The notes: generated by a model not told the origin, from the letters alone. Shown: positions 51,830 through 62,657, counted from the stretch's first letter. The stretch: 64,000 nt of DNA from an uncultured delta proteobacterium (GCA_963735595.1 CAVTLK010000002.1:768001-832000); one strand, 5' to 3'. Made by a program: numbers and translations.

Positions 51830-52045
51830 CATTAGTGCCTCAACTATCCAAAAGGGAACCATAGAAAGAGTGAAAATTCTTAAAACCCTGCGTTTGCCTC
51901 TCCCGCCCCTTGCCACTCAGCAAGCCATCGTCGCCGAGGTCGAAGCTGAGTAGACACTGGTCAGTGCAAACCGCGAACTGATCGCCCGCTTCGAGAAGAA
52001 GATTCAGGATGCTATGGCCCGTGTCTGGGGCGAAGATGAGCCGGC
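51830..52045 (+). pseudogene. C-terminal remnant of a restriction-modification specificity (HsdS-like) domain
   Basis: LRLPLPPLATQQAIVAEVEAE*TLVSANRELIARFEKKIQDAMARVWGE; TAG at 51951; no upstream body. Confidence 0.7.
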
Positions 52046-53086
52046 TCACTTCTTTGGTGGAACAGGTTTGGCGATCTCTTCAAGCGCTTTGACGGACTCC
52101 TTTTCCGCCTCGGCTTCAAGGAAGGCGCGTCGCCGTGCGGCGAATCGCTCGTACTCGGCCTGGGCCTTTGCGTCCGCGCTTTCTTTGCTCACCGTTCCCG
52201 CCCCAGGCAGGACACGACGCTCATTGAAGGCGAGGAACTCGTCGAGCTTCGTCTCCCAATCCTTCAGGAAAACCTGTCTACGGCGGCGCGCCTGGTCCTC
52301 CGCGTAATCGAGCCACATGGTCACAATTCGGTTCAACTCCGATATCTCGTCTTCGGCCAGGTAATTCTTGGCCACGCTGACATCGGCCTTACGGACCGCG
52401 CCGCCTTTCCATGTGGTCAGGCCCATATTCGGCCTGGTATGATCGGCACGCGCGGCGATCAACTCCGCCGCCGTTTTGCCGGTCGCGGCAAAATGGAGCT
52501 TGTTTTGGATGATCTTAAAGAACTCAAGCGTCTTTTCATTATCCGGCTCATAGTCGGCGGCAAGGGCAAATATCTCCCGCACCCTCAGATACATCCGTCG
52601 CTCGCTGGCGCGGATGTCACGGATACGTTCAAGCAGCTCGTCAAAATAGTCGGGCACACCGGCACCAAGGACAGGCGGATTCTTTAACCGCTCGTCATCC
52701 ATGGTGAAACCCTTAACTAAATATTCCCTCAGACGCTCCGTGGCCCACCGACGAAACTGAGTGCCGCGCGGCGAGCGTACCCGATAACCAACGGCAAGAA
52801 CGACATCCAGGTTGTAGTGTTCGATCTCCCGCGCTACCTCGCGGGCCCCCTCCCGGCGAACTATCCGGAATTTCCGGATAGTTCCCTCGGGATCGAGTTC
52901 TCCATCCTCATAGATATTTTTAAGGTGTTCATTAATTGTCCTTACATCTTTCTGAAACAATTCCCCGATCAATGCCTGGGAAAGCCACAGAGTTTCCCCT
53001 TGAAAACGGCATTCAACGCGGGTTTTACCGTCCTCGGTTTGATACACGAGAATCTCGCCTGCCGGTGGTGCTTGTTTCCTGTCCAT
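52046..53086 (-). CDS. rhuM: RhuM family DNA-binding protein
   Basis: ETLWLSQ, YNLDVVLAVGYRVRS.RGTQFRRWAT, DYFDELLERIRDIRASE, QNKLHFA, AKNYL. Confidence 0.92.
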   Translation of the reverse strand: MDRKQAPPAGEILVYQTEDGKTRVECRFQGETLWLSQALIGELFQKDVRTINEHLKNIYEDGELDPEGTIRKFRIVRREGAREVAREIEHYNLDVVLAVGYRVRSPRGTQFRRWATERLREYLVKGFTMDDERLKNPPVLGAGVPDYFDELLERIRDIRASERRMYLRVREIFALAADYEPDNEKTLEFFKIIQNKLHFAATGKTAAELIAARADHTRPNMGLTTWKGGAVRKADVSVAKNYLAEDEISELNRIVTMWLDYAEDQARRRRQVFLKDWETKLDEFLAFNERRVLPGAGTVSKESADAKAQAEYERFAARRRAFLEAEAEKESVKALEEIAKPVPPKK

Positions 53087-53131
53087 ACGCGGGAACTCCT
53101 GGGGTAATTGACAGATAGGGAGGGCATACGA

Positions 53132-53160
53132 ATTATAGAGAATGAGGCCGAGTATGTCAA
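53132..53160 (-). promoter_or_regulatory. Perfect-consensus sigma70 promoter of rhuM
   Basis: Minus strand TTGACA(53160-53155)-17-TATAAT(53137-53132). Confidence 0.75.
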
Positions 53161-53322
53161 TTTGGAATAAGAGTAAATCAGGGGGTTTATACATAATTCT
53201 ATTAGGTGTTTCAATCTCTCGACCGTCTCATTCCTCCTATGAAGAGCGCGCTCTTCATGAAAAATATTCCCAATATCGTCCATTTGTGCTATATTTTCTA
53301 ATATTTCTCTTGGAGGTCCCCG

Positions 53323-54459
53323 ATGAAAATAACCGAGATCGATTTTTATCTCTGTCATTATCCGCTGGCCGCGCCCTTTATGCCGTCATGGATACCCGGC
53401 TTTCCCCAGCACAACAACAGCTGCCTGGTCTGCGTTGTCAAGACCGACGAGGGGATCGAGGGGTATTCGGCCATGGTCGGGTTTCTCGACGAATCCCGCG
53501 GACTCGTCGGCATGATGCGCCCGTTCATGGTGGGGCGCGACCCGACGCGTATCGAGAACATCGTCCAGGTCATCCGCAGCGCACACTACCTGGGCTACAA
53601 GGCCTTCTTCATCGAGGTGGCGATGTGGGACATCCTCGGCAAGAAGGCGGGCCTGCCGATCTATAAGCTCCTCGGGGGAGGGACCGGCATTATCAAGGCC
53701 TATGCCTCGTCCGGCGAGATACAGGAGCCCAAAAAGCGCCTCGACTACATCAAGCAGATCAAGGACATGGGCTTCAAGGCGGTGAAGCTGCGCATCCGCT
53801 CCATGGAGTTCGAAAAGGATATCGCGATAGTCGAGTCCGTCAGGGCCGCGGTCGGCGACGATTTTGACATCATGGTCGACGCCAACCAGGGCTGGCCCAT
53901 CCACCTGGGCCTGGTGGACTGGCCGCGCTGGGACCTGAAGCGGGCGATGCGCACGGCCGCGGCGCTCGAGGACCTCAACGTGCGCTGGATCGAGGAGCCG
54001 CTCTTCAAGCACGACTACGACGGCATGGCGGCGCTCCGCGCCTCCACCACCATCCCGATCGCCGGCGGCGAGTTCAATACCGACCTCTACGAGTTCCGCG
54101 ACCTGATCGGCGGCGGGTGCCTGGATATCGTCCAGCCCGACGTGACGCTGGCCGGCGGCATCCTCATGGGAAAGAAGATCGCGGGGATGGCCGAGGCCGC
54201 CAACCTCCAGTTTTCTCCCCACACCTGGACCAACGGGCTGGGGCTTGCCGCAAACCTCCAGCTGATGGGCTCGATCCACATCTGCCCCTACTGCGAGTTC
54301 CCCTTCGAGCCGCCCGGATGGGTGCCCGAGGCGCGCGACTTCATGCTCACGGAGCCGTTTACGGTCGACAAGGACGGGTTCATCCACGTCCCGGACAAGC
54401 CGGGCCTCGGCGTGGAGCTTGACATGGAAAAGATCAAGGCCCACGGCGAGAAGCTGTAG
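53323..54459 (+). CDS. Mandelate racemase/muconate lactonizing enzyme family protein
   Basis: WDILGKKAGLPIYKLLGG, KLR, DANQ, IEEP, AGGE, QPD, SPH, KPGLGVE. Confidence 0.9.
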   Translation: MKITEIDFYLCHYPLAAPFMPSWIPGFPQHNNSCLVCVVKTDEGIEGYSAMVGFLDESRGLVGMMRPFMVGRDPTRIENIVQVIRSAHYLGYKAFFIEVAMWDILGKKAGLPIYKLLGGGTGIIKAYASSGEIQEPKKRLDYIKQIKDMGFKAVKLRIRSMEFEKDIAIVESVRAAVGDDFDIMVDANQGWPIHLGLVDWPRWDLKRAMRTAAALEDLNVRWIEEPLFKHDYDGMAALRASTTIPIAGGEFNTDLYEFRDLIGGGCLDIVQPDVTLAGGILMGKKIAGMAEAANLQFSPHTWTNGLGLAANLQLMGSIHICPYCEFPFEPPGWVPEARDFMLTEPFTVDKDGFIHVPDKPGLGVELDMEKIKAHGEKL

Positions 54460-54521
54460 CGGGGCCGTCAGTCGGTCACTGCGGTCGTCCAACGCATCAC
54501 GATAATACGGGGAGGGCAGCA

Positions 54522-55620
54522 ATGCAGATCGGCATTCCGAAAGAGATAAAGAAGGAAGAATACCGGGTTGCCGTCACGCCGGCCGGCGTGGCGGCGCTGA
54601 CCGGCCGCGGCCATATCGTCATCATCGAGAAGGGGGCCGGGGAAAAAAGCGGCATCACCGATGCCGACTACGGCAAGGCGGGGGCGACGATCGCTGCCTC
54701 AAACAAGGCGGTGTGGGAGGGGGCCGAGTGTATCGTCAAGGTCCGGGAGCCGGAGGGGCCGGAGGTGGCGCTTGCCGACGGGTCACCTGGTCTTTTCTTA
54801 CCTGCACCTGGCGGCAAACCCCGAGCTTACCGAGCGGTTGTTAAAGGGCAACGTCACGGCGATCTCCTACGAGACCGTCCAGACCGACGACGGCTACCTC
54901 CCGCTGCTGGCCCCGATGAGTGAGGTGTGCGGGAGGCTCTCCATCAAACAGGGGGCCTACGGGCTGGAGAAGATCAGCGGCGGCAGGGGCGTGCTCCTTT
55001 CGGGCGTCTCGGGGGTGCCAGCCGCAACGGTCGTGATCCTCGGGGCCGGTATCGCGGGGTTCAACGCGGCGTTTATCGCCGCGGGCATCGGCACCGAGGT
55101 CTTTATCCTCGATACGTCACCGACGCGCCTCAAATACGCCGGCGACATGCTCCGGGGCAAGGCCGTCACCGTCATGAGCAACAAGGCCAGCGTCGAGGAG
55201 CACGTGTCCCGGGCCGACGTCGTGGTCGGAGCGGTACTCATTCCTGGTGGACGGACGCCGCACCTCATATCGAAGACACTCGTCGGGAAGATGAAGCCGG
55301 GCGGCGTCATTGTTGACCTGGCCATCGACCAGGGGGGCATCTCAGAGACCTCCCGGCCCACAACCCACAAGGACCCCTTCTTCGTCGAGGAGGGTATTGT
55401 TCACTACGCGGTCCCGAATATGCCGGGGGCGGTGCCGCGCACGTCGACCTTCGCGCTGACCGGGGTGACGATCACCTACGTCTTGGAGCTGGCCGACAAG
55501 GGGTTCGAGGGGGCGATCGCCGACAACCCGTCGCTCAGGCGCGGGGTGAACATCCACAAGGGAAAGGTCGTCCACCGGGGCGTGGCCGAGGCCTGCAGCG
55601 AGACCTACTGCGAGTTGTAA
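54522..55620 (+). CDS. ald: Alanine dehydrogenase (frameshift ~54780)
   Basis: IGIPKEIK.EEYRVAVTP, YLHLA, PLLAPMSEV, AIDQGG, VPNMPGAVPRTST. Confidence 0.93.
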
Positions 55621-55650
55621 CGGTTCGGGACGATAACCCGAGGGTTATTA

Positions 55651-56103
55651 GTGGACGAAACTGACTTACAGCGGATCGCCGAGGAGATCCTGTCCATGGT
55701 CGACCGGGAGACGCGCGCCTGGGACACGAAGGACGCCGGGGCGCTGGTAGACATCTTCCATCCGGACATGGTGTGGCCCTGGCCGCCGGACAATAGCTTG
55801 CATGACCCGATGACCTGGGAGTTTGTCCAGGGGAGGTACGACCGCAAGCGCTGGCGCGACGGCTGGCAGGGACTGTTCGATACCCACACGCTCGTGCACA
55901 ACCACAGGCGGACGCTCCGCATCGAGGTGTCCGCCGAGGGCGACGGGGCGTTCGCCGTGGTCGACGTGGATACGCTCTGGCGGCACAACGAAACCGGAAA
56001 AGAAGCTCACTGGAAGGGGCGGGCCTGCAAGGGCTACACGAAGACGCCGGACGGCTGGAAGCTGATCATGCACACGGGGCTGTTGGAGTACGGGAAGAAG
56101 TAG
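55651..56103 (+). CDS. NTF2/SnoaL-like domain protein
   Basis: AWDTKDAGALVDIFHPD...AFAVVDVDTLW...DGWKLIMHTG. Confidence 0.8.
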   Translation: MDETDLQRIAEEILSMVDRETRAWDTKDAGALVDIFHPDMVWPWPPDNSLHDPMTWEFVQGRYDRKRWRDGWQGLFDTHTLVHNHRRTLRIEVSAEGDGAFAVVDVDTLWRHNETGKEAHWKGRACKGYTKTPDGWKLIMHTGLLEYGKK

Positions 56104-56168
56104 GGCTCTCCGATATTTCGCGCACACGGGCCGGGGCTGACACTGTCATGCCCGGCCTTTTCGTCATA

Positions 56169-56197
56169 TTGACTCCCGCAACAAACCGTCTTATACT
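56169..56197 (+). promoter_or_regulatory. Sigma70-type promoter
   Basis: TTGACT-17-TATACT upstream of the J-domain gene. Confidence 0.6.
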
Positions 56198-56228
56198 TGA
56201 TCAGTTACAGGATGATTATCGGTGTCCC

Positions 56229-57011
56229 ATGGATTATCCGATCGGCGGCGGGCTGATCCGCCACTACCGGGTCCTCGGCCTTGTTCCGGGGGCCGACCTC
56301 GGGCAGGTGAGGACCGCCTACAAGCGCCTTGCCAAACGCTGGCACCCGGACCGCTGCCCCGAGGACCGGCGCACCCCCGCCCGCTTCCAGAAGGTATCCG
56401 AGGCCTACCGGGCGATCGTCGACAGCAAGGAGCGCTCCGGGGCGGAGCTCTTAGCCTTCCTCAGGACCGCCGCGGCGCACGGTGGTCCCCGCGATATCGT
56501 CAAGAGCTACCGCGCCCGCACGATCTCGACCCTGCTCCTTTCCCGCCTGGCGCTGGCCTACGTCGAAGAGGGGTCGTTCCCGGAGGCCCGCGATATCCTT
56601 GACCGTATCGACGCTGCGGGCGTGCCGCTTGTCTCGACCTCGGTCGGCCGCGCGTACCTCTCGTTTCTGACGGGCGACGACGAGGGCGCCCTCGATAGTC
56701 TCTACCGTGCCAAGGACCTCTTTGGGGGCGACCCCTTGATCGCGCTCAACCTGTCGGTGTTGCTTAAGAAGGTCGGCAGACTTTCGGACGCGTACCGGGA
56801 GATAGAAGAGCAGGCCGACGACGCCGAGCATAAGGGGAGTTTCTTTGTGGAGCTGGCGGGCTCGGTCTCGTTTCTGGACGATAAGCGCCGGGTTGTGCGG
56901 CATTTGAGGCGGGCCGTGGACGATCGGCGGCTGGAACTTGCGGCGCAGGGCGGGGCACGCCGGACCGCTCGATTACTGACCGGGCCGGCCGTCTCAACTA
57001 CCGGACGATGA
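56229..57011 (+). CDS. DnaJ-domain protein with TPR-like C-terminus
   Basis: HYRVLGL...AYKRLAKRWHPDR...FQKVSEAY; helical repeats follow. Confidence 0.8.
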   Translation: MDYPIGGGLIRHYRVLGLVPGADLGQVRTAYKRLAKRWHPDRCPEDRRTPARFQKVSEAYRAIVDSKERSGAELLAFLRTAAAHGGPRDIVKSYRARTISTLLLSRLALAYVEEGSFPEARDILDRIDAAGVPLVSTSVGRAYLSFLTGDDEGALDSLYRAKDLFGGDPLIALNLSVLLKKVGRLSDAYREIEEQADDAEHKGSFFVELAGSVSFLDDKRRVVRHLRRAVDDRRLELAAQGGARRTARLLTGPAVSTTGR

Positions 57012-57101
57012 CGGCCGCCGGAATCTTCACCAATCCTATCAATCGGGGCGCAATGAATTCGGGGCCTTCCCGTCATTCCCACTGTCCGGTACCGTCTCCC
57101 T

Positions 57102-57671
57102 CTACTTGCGCAGCTCCTCCTCGATGACGGTGCTCATTTCGGCAATCCGCGCCGGATCGGAGAAGACCAGCTCAAAGGTGTCCTGGGGCCGGGCGGCCCG
57201 CCACAGGTCGAGCGACTCCTTTGCCTTGAGGTAATAGCCCTTCGGGTCGGGGTCGAAAGGGGCGAAGCTGAAATAGTAATAGGCCCAGAGGCCCGGTATC
57301 ATGGACGATTTCTCGTCAAACCGCGTGAGGTTGCCGATGTCCTCGACGCCGGCTTCGAGACGGTAGAGCATGATGGAGGCGTACGCCCGCATGGCATAAA
57401 AATAGGAGAACAGCTCGCGGTGTTTCGGGATGGCGTCAAGCCCTTCCGTGGCGCTTTCGACCACCATCGCGAAATCTCCCTCCGCGAGGTAGTCGTTAAG
57501 CTCATAGAAGTATTCCATGACGAGGGGGTCCTCGCTGTCGCTGACTTCGGTAAAGTAGGCGTCGGACAATTTATCGGGATGCGACTGCGGCAGGACCGTC
57601 GCGCAGCCGGATATAACGATGGAACCGATACAGAATATCAGGAGTCTAATAATCCACGATCGCCGTTTCAT
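57102..57671 (-). CDS. Putative lipoprotein
   Basis: MKRR plus hydrophobic stretch plus lipobox ISGC; helical body. Confidence 0.7.
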   Translation of the reverse strand: MKRRSWIIRLLIFCIGSIVISGCATVLPQSHPDKLSDAYFTEVSDSEDPLVMEYFYELNDYLAEGDFAMVVESATEGLDAIPKHRELFSYFYAMRAYASIMLYRLEAGVEDIGNLTRFDEKSSMIPGLWAYYYFSFAPFDPDPKGYYLKAKESLDLWRAARPQDTFELVFSDPARIAEMSTVIEEELRK

Positions 57672-57799
57672 GGGCTTCCCCCTCTTTTTTCGGGGTATTA
57701 TCCGTCAATCGACGGGCCATTTCAAGATAAATCGGCAGCGGCGGCCGCGCGGGAGGGCACCGGGTCTTTGACACGTGTTAGACGGCGGGTAAAAGTTGC

Positions 57800-57829
57800 T
57801 TGACTTTATTCGACGACCCGGCGTATGAT
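57800..57829 (+). promoter_or_regulatory. Sigma70-type promoter upstream of glmU-glmS
   Basis: TTGACT-18-TATGAT. Confidence 0.45.
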
Positions 57830-58048
57830 ATCGGTAAATGGTGCCCCCGCAGACGTACGGTGAATTGCTTATTACGGGCCTTATCACGGGGAATAAGCAG
57901 ATGGCCGGCGGAAGGGGAAAGGGCTCGGGCGGGAAGCTTAACGGCGATGGAGGGGCGGGGGGGTCAATATCGTGCACAAACAAGGGATACAGTAGGGGGA
58001 GATTGCCAGCGGCCGTTACCGGGGCCGCCGATCTCTCACTTTTTTAAA

Positions 58049-59366
58049 ATGATGGTATCACCGGCAGATGAGGGGCCCAAACGCCCCCTGTTGGTCGTCA
58101 TCCCGGCCTCATCCGGTGAGATGACGGCCCACCTACCACCCGCGTATCTGCGCCCGGTCATGGGCAGGCCGCAGCTCGGGCACCTGCTTGACGCCGTACT
58201 TACGCTTGCCCCCGAAGGTATTATCGTCTTCGTGTACGGCGCCGATGAAAAGACGGTGGCCGAGGTGCGGGCGCTGATGCCCCACAGGGGATCGGTCGTG
58301 GCCGATTCGGGCGATGCCGGCGCCTTCATCGACCGTATGCTCGCTCATCTCCGGGGACACCCCGGGGATATCCTTTTTGTCTCGGCGACCGCGGCGCCGC
58401 TCTCGGCCGCGTTCCTCCGCGATCTTATCGACGACTACCATCGTAATCAAAACGTCCCGTGCGCCGTTTCCGGCCGCGCGAAAGGCGGAATGAGCACAAT
58501 GCGGCTCTTTATAGCGGAGGCGTCAGCAATTGGGGCACTGGGGGGGATAAAGGGGCAGTCGGGTGATCGGGACGAGCCCTTTGCAGATCGGGTCTTCGAA
58601 CTCCTGGATCGCGGGAAGGGCGCGAGGGATTACGCCGGAGACCGGAACCGCCTGCCGGGAGACATAACGGTTCCGCGGGACTTTGCGGCTGCGGCGCGTA
58701 TCGTTCGCGGGTCTGTCGTCGAGCGCCTGATGGACGGGGGGGTGACGATCATCGACCCGGAGCGGACCTACGTGGACTGGGGCGTCACGGTTGGTTCGGG
58801 CACGACGCCTGTCTCCCGATACGTACCTGGAGGGCGCCACGACCGTCGGCGCCGGCTGCGTCATCGAGCCCACCGTGAAGATCACCAACTCCGAGATAGG
58901 GGACGACGTTACCGTGAAGATGTGCTCGGTCATCACCGAGAGCGTCGTCGAATCGGGGGTGCAGATCGGTCCGTTTGCCCATATCAGGCCCAAGACCCGG
59001 TTGGGCCGTGACGTCAAGATCGGCAACTTCGTCGAGGTAAAAAAGTCGACGATCGGCAGAGGTTCCAAGGCAAACCACCTCAGCTATCTGGGCGACGCCC
59101 GGATCGGCACAGACGTCAACGTGGGCGCCGGGACCATTACCTGCAACTACGACGGGATTGATAAACACGTAACCACTATCGGCGACGGTGTCTTTATCGG
59201 CTCGGACACCCAGTTTATCGCGCCGGTCTCGGTAGGGGACAATGCCCTTATCGGCGCCGGGTCCACCATCACCAAAGACGTCCCTTCCGATTCCCTTGCG
59301 GTGGCCAGATCAAAACAGGTCACTATCCCCGGCAAAGGCGTTAAATCTCGAAAACAGCATACGTAA
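58049..59366 (+). CDS. glmU: GlmU-like protein: intact acetyltransferase domain, degenerate pyrophosphorylase domain (frameshift ~58810)
   Basis: [47 protein letters not shown]; directly upstream of glmS. Confidence 0.85.
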
Positions 59367-59379
59367 CGAGGAATCGATT

Positions 59380-61216
59380 ATGTGCGGAATAGTCGGGTAC
59401 ATCGGCCCGAAAAAGGTAAGCACGGTCCTGCTTGACGGGCTCAGGAGGCTTGAATACCGCGGATATGATTCGGCGGGGATAGCCGTTATTTCCGGCGACT
59501 CGGTGACCATCAGGCGAAGCAAAGGTAAGCTCTCGGTCCTCGAGGCTATAATCTCCCAGGAGTCGCTGGACGGCTCCGTGGGGATCGGCCACACCCGCTG
59601 GGCCACTCACGGCAAGCCGTCGGACGAAAACGCCCATCCCCATAAGGCGGGGACGATCGTGGTCGTCCATAACGGGATCGTCGAAAACTACCTCGAGCTC
59701 AAAGATATGCTTATCGACGAGGGGCATACGTTCACCTCCGAGACCGACACCGAGGTCATCAGCCACCTCATCTGGCGCTTCATCAAGGATGACTGTTCCT
59801 TTCGGGACGCGGTGCTTTCGGCGCTCAAGATGATCAAGGGATCGTATGCGCTCGGCATTCTTAAGGAAGACGAGCCGGGCACGCTTGATGGCCGCACGCT
59901 TCGAGAGCCCCCTCATCCTCGGCCTTGGGGACGGTGAATTTTTCGTCGCCTCTGATATCCCGGCGGTCATCAACCATACGCGGGATATCGTTATCCTGGA
60001 TGACGGAGAGGTCGTGGAGTACAAGGACGGCACGCTCACGGTGATGGATCTTGCGGGAGCGGTACGCGACCAAAGCCGGTCAGGCGTATCGACTGGAGCC
60101 CCGTCATGGCCGAGAAGGGGCGGCTATAAGCACTTCATGCTCAAGGAGATATTCGAGCAGCCGCAGGGGATCATCGATACGATGCGGGGGAGAATCTCCG
60201 AGGATCGGGGCGAGATAGCCCTGCCGGAGCTCAACCTCACCAGGGAAATCATCGAGCGCATCGACAAGATCGTCATCGTGGCGTGCGGTACGTCGTGGCA
60301 CGCCGGGTTGGTCGGTAAGTTCATGATCGAGCAGACTAGCCCGCGTTCCCGTGGAGGTGGAGCTGGGCAGTGAGTTCCGCTATCGCGACCCGATCATCGG
60401 AGAAAGGACCCTCATCATCGGGATTACCCAGTCCGGAGAGACGGCCGATACGCTTGCGGCGATGAAGGAAGGAAAGGAGAAGGGGGCGGCCGTCGTTTCC
60501 ATCTGCAACGTCGTGGAGTCGAGCGCCGCGAGGGCCTCCTCGGGGGTCCTCTATACCCACGCGGGCCCGGAGATCGGCGTCGCGTCCACCAAGGCCTTTA
60601 CGACGCAGCTGACCTCGCTCTACCTGATCGCCCTCTACATCGCCCAGACGCTTCAGAGGATATCTCCCTCCGAGATGAAGCGCCGTTTGATGGACTTCGT
60701 GGCGCTGCCGGGCTGCGTGGATCAGGTCCTTTCGATGACAACGATTCCATCCGGGCGCTCGCCCGCAAATATATGCATGCGAAGAATTTCCTCTACCTCG
60801 GCCGCGGGATCAACTATCCCATCGCGCTGGAGGGGGCGCTCAAGCTCAAGGAGATCTCTTATATCCACGCCGAGGGGTACCCCGCCGGCGAAATGAAACA
60901 CGGGCCCATCGCCCTCATCGACGAGGAGATGCCGGTCGTGGTCACGGTGACCAAGAACAAGACCTACGAAAAGGTCCTCAGCAACGTCGAGGAGGTGAGG
61001 GCGCGCGGCGGCATGGTCATCGCCGTGGCGACCGAGGGGGACGAAGAGATTACCAAGAAGGCCCAGGACGTCATCTATATTCCCGAGACGGACCCGATGG
61101 TGGCCCCGATCGTCCTGGTGGTGCCGCTCCAGCTATTGGCGTACCATGTGGCTGATCTCAAGGGGACGGACGTGGATCAACCGAGAAACCTGGCTAAAAG
61201 CGTGACCGTAGAATAG
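59380..61216 (+). CDS. glmS: Glutamine--fructose-6-phosphate transaminase (several frameshifts)
   Basis: [58 protein letters not shown]. Confidence 0.97.
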
Positions 61217-61304
61217 TGATGAATGTCGGGGGTCATCCGGAGAGACCGGTTATGGAACCGGAATACTCTCCTGCTCTCTTTCAACCTATTGGTGGTTCTT
61301 CATA

Positions 61305-62657
61305 GTGGGCGGGTTAATACGGTCCAGACTCAGTCGAATCGCCCCGATTCAATCGATAACGATCGGCTTCTTACTTATCGTCATTATCTCGACGTGCGTC
61401 CTTACCCTCCCTATTTCTAACGCAGACGGTAATTTTCAGTCTTTCCTCGACGCCCTATTTACTATCACGTCGGCAATCAGTACGACCGGCCTGGTTGTCG
61501 TCGACACGGGAAGCTTCTATTCGCTATTCGGCCAGATCATCGTCATTATTGTCGTTCAAATCGGCGGGCTCGGATACATGTCGATAATCGTGTATCTCTT
61601 CTTCGCTGCCGGAAAAAAACCGTCTCTGACGGTCGGTATGACGCTGCGGGAATCGATGTCGGGCGTGTCGCTTCATAATTTCCGGGAATTTGCGCGAATT
61701 GTGATTATTTACACCCTTTTCTTTGAGATCATCGGGGCGGCGGTCCTTGCCTGCTACTGGATGGATACGTACCCGGTTGGCCGTTCAATTTATCTGGGCA
61801 TATTCCACTCGATATCCGCTTTCTGCACCGCGGGATTCGGGCTCTTTTCGGACAGCCTCGTATCGGGCAAAGAAAGCCCCTTGCTCAACATCACGGTCGA
61901 TATCCTCAGCGTAGCAGGGGGGCTCGGTTTTTTCGTGCTCCACGATGTAGTCGCTTTCTTCAAACGGCCCAAAACCCCCGGCCAAAAAACGAGGCTGTCG
62001 ACGCACACCAAACTCGTCTTATTCACCTCGCTGGTCCTGATGACGGTGGGCTCTATTCTCATCTTTATATCAGAAGGGGGAGGGGTATCGCGGTCGATAG
62101 TCGATCGAGTGCTCGATTCCACGTTCCAGGCGATCTCGGCCTCGACCACGACCGGGTTCAACACGATAGACATCGCTGTTATGACGAACGCGGGCCTTTT
62201 TGCCATCATCGTCCTCATGTTTATCGGCGCGTCGCCGGGCAGCACGGGCGGGGGGATCAAGACGACGACGTTCGGGGTTATATTCCTCAGCACGTTTGCG
62301 GTGCTCGGAAACAAGGAAACGACGAATGTCTTCAGAAAGCAGGTGTCGCTCGAAATAGCGAAGAAATCATTCGCGATCATGTGCCTTGCCCTCTTCCTGG
62401 TAACGGCGGCGATGCAGATTATGGTGCTGACCGAGAAGGCGACCTTTATGCAGGTATTCTTTGAGGTCGTCTCGGCGTTCGGAAACGTCGGGCTGTCGAC
62501 GGGCATTACCGCCGGGCTTACTTCGATCGGCAAGGTTGTCATCATTATCACGATGTTCATCGGGCGGGTAGGGCCCTGGGGTATCGGGCTATCCCTCCTC
62601 GGTCGGGTAAAGCCCGACCCCTACGCTTATCCCGAGGCGGAGATATTCGTCGGGTAG
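61305..62657 (+). CDS. TrkH/KtrB potassium uptake membrane subunit
   Basis: SAISTTG, SAFCTAGF, TTGF, GASPGSTGGGIK, SAFGNVGLSTG, MFIGRVGP. Confidence 0.92.
   Translation: MGGLIRSRLSRIAPIQSITIGFLLIVIISTCVLTLPISNADGNFQSFLDALFTITSAISTTGLVVVDTGSFYSLFGQIIVIIVVQIGGLGYMSIIVYLFFAAGKKPSLTVGMTLRESMSGVSLHNFREFARIVIIYTLFFEIIGAAVLACYWMDTYPVGRSIYLGIFHSISAFCTAGFGLFSDSLVSGKESPLLNITVDILSVAGGLGFFVLHDVVAFFKRPKTPGQKTRLSTHTKLVLFTSLVLMTVGSILIFISEGGGVSRSIVDRVLDSTFQAISASTTTGFNTIDIAVMTNAGLFAIIVLMFIGASPGSTGGGIKTTTFGVIFLSTFAVLGNKETTNVFRKQVSLEIAKKSFAIMCLALFLVTAAMQIMVLTEKATFMQVFFEVVSAFGNVGLSTGITAGLTSIGKVVIIITMFIGRVGPWGIGLSLLGRVKPDPYAYPEAEIFVG

Noticed and set aside
57672..58048. glmS ribozyme or other riboswitch upstream of glmU-glmS
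   Set aside because: No recognisable conserved core by eye, and glmS follows glmU after only 13 bp. An Rfam scan would be needed to exclude it fully.
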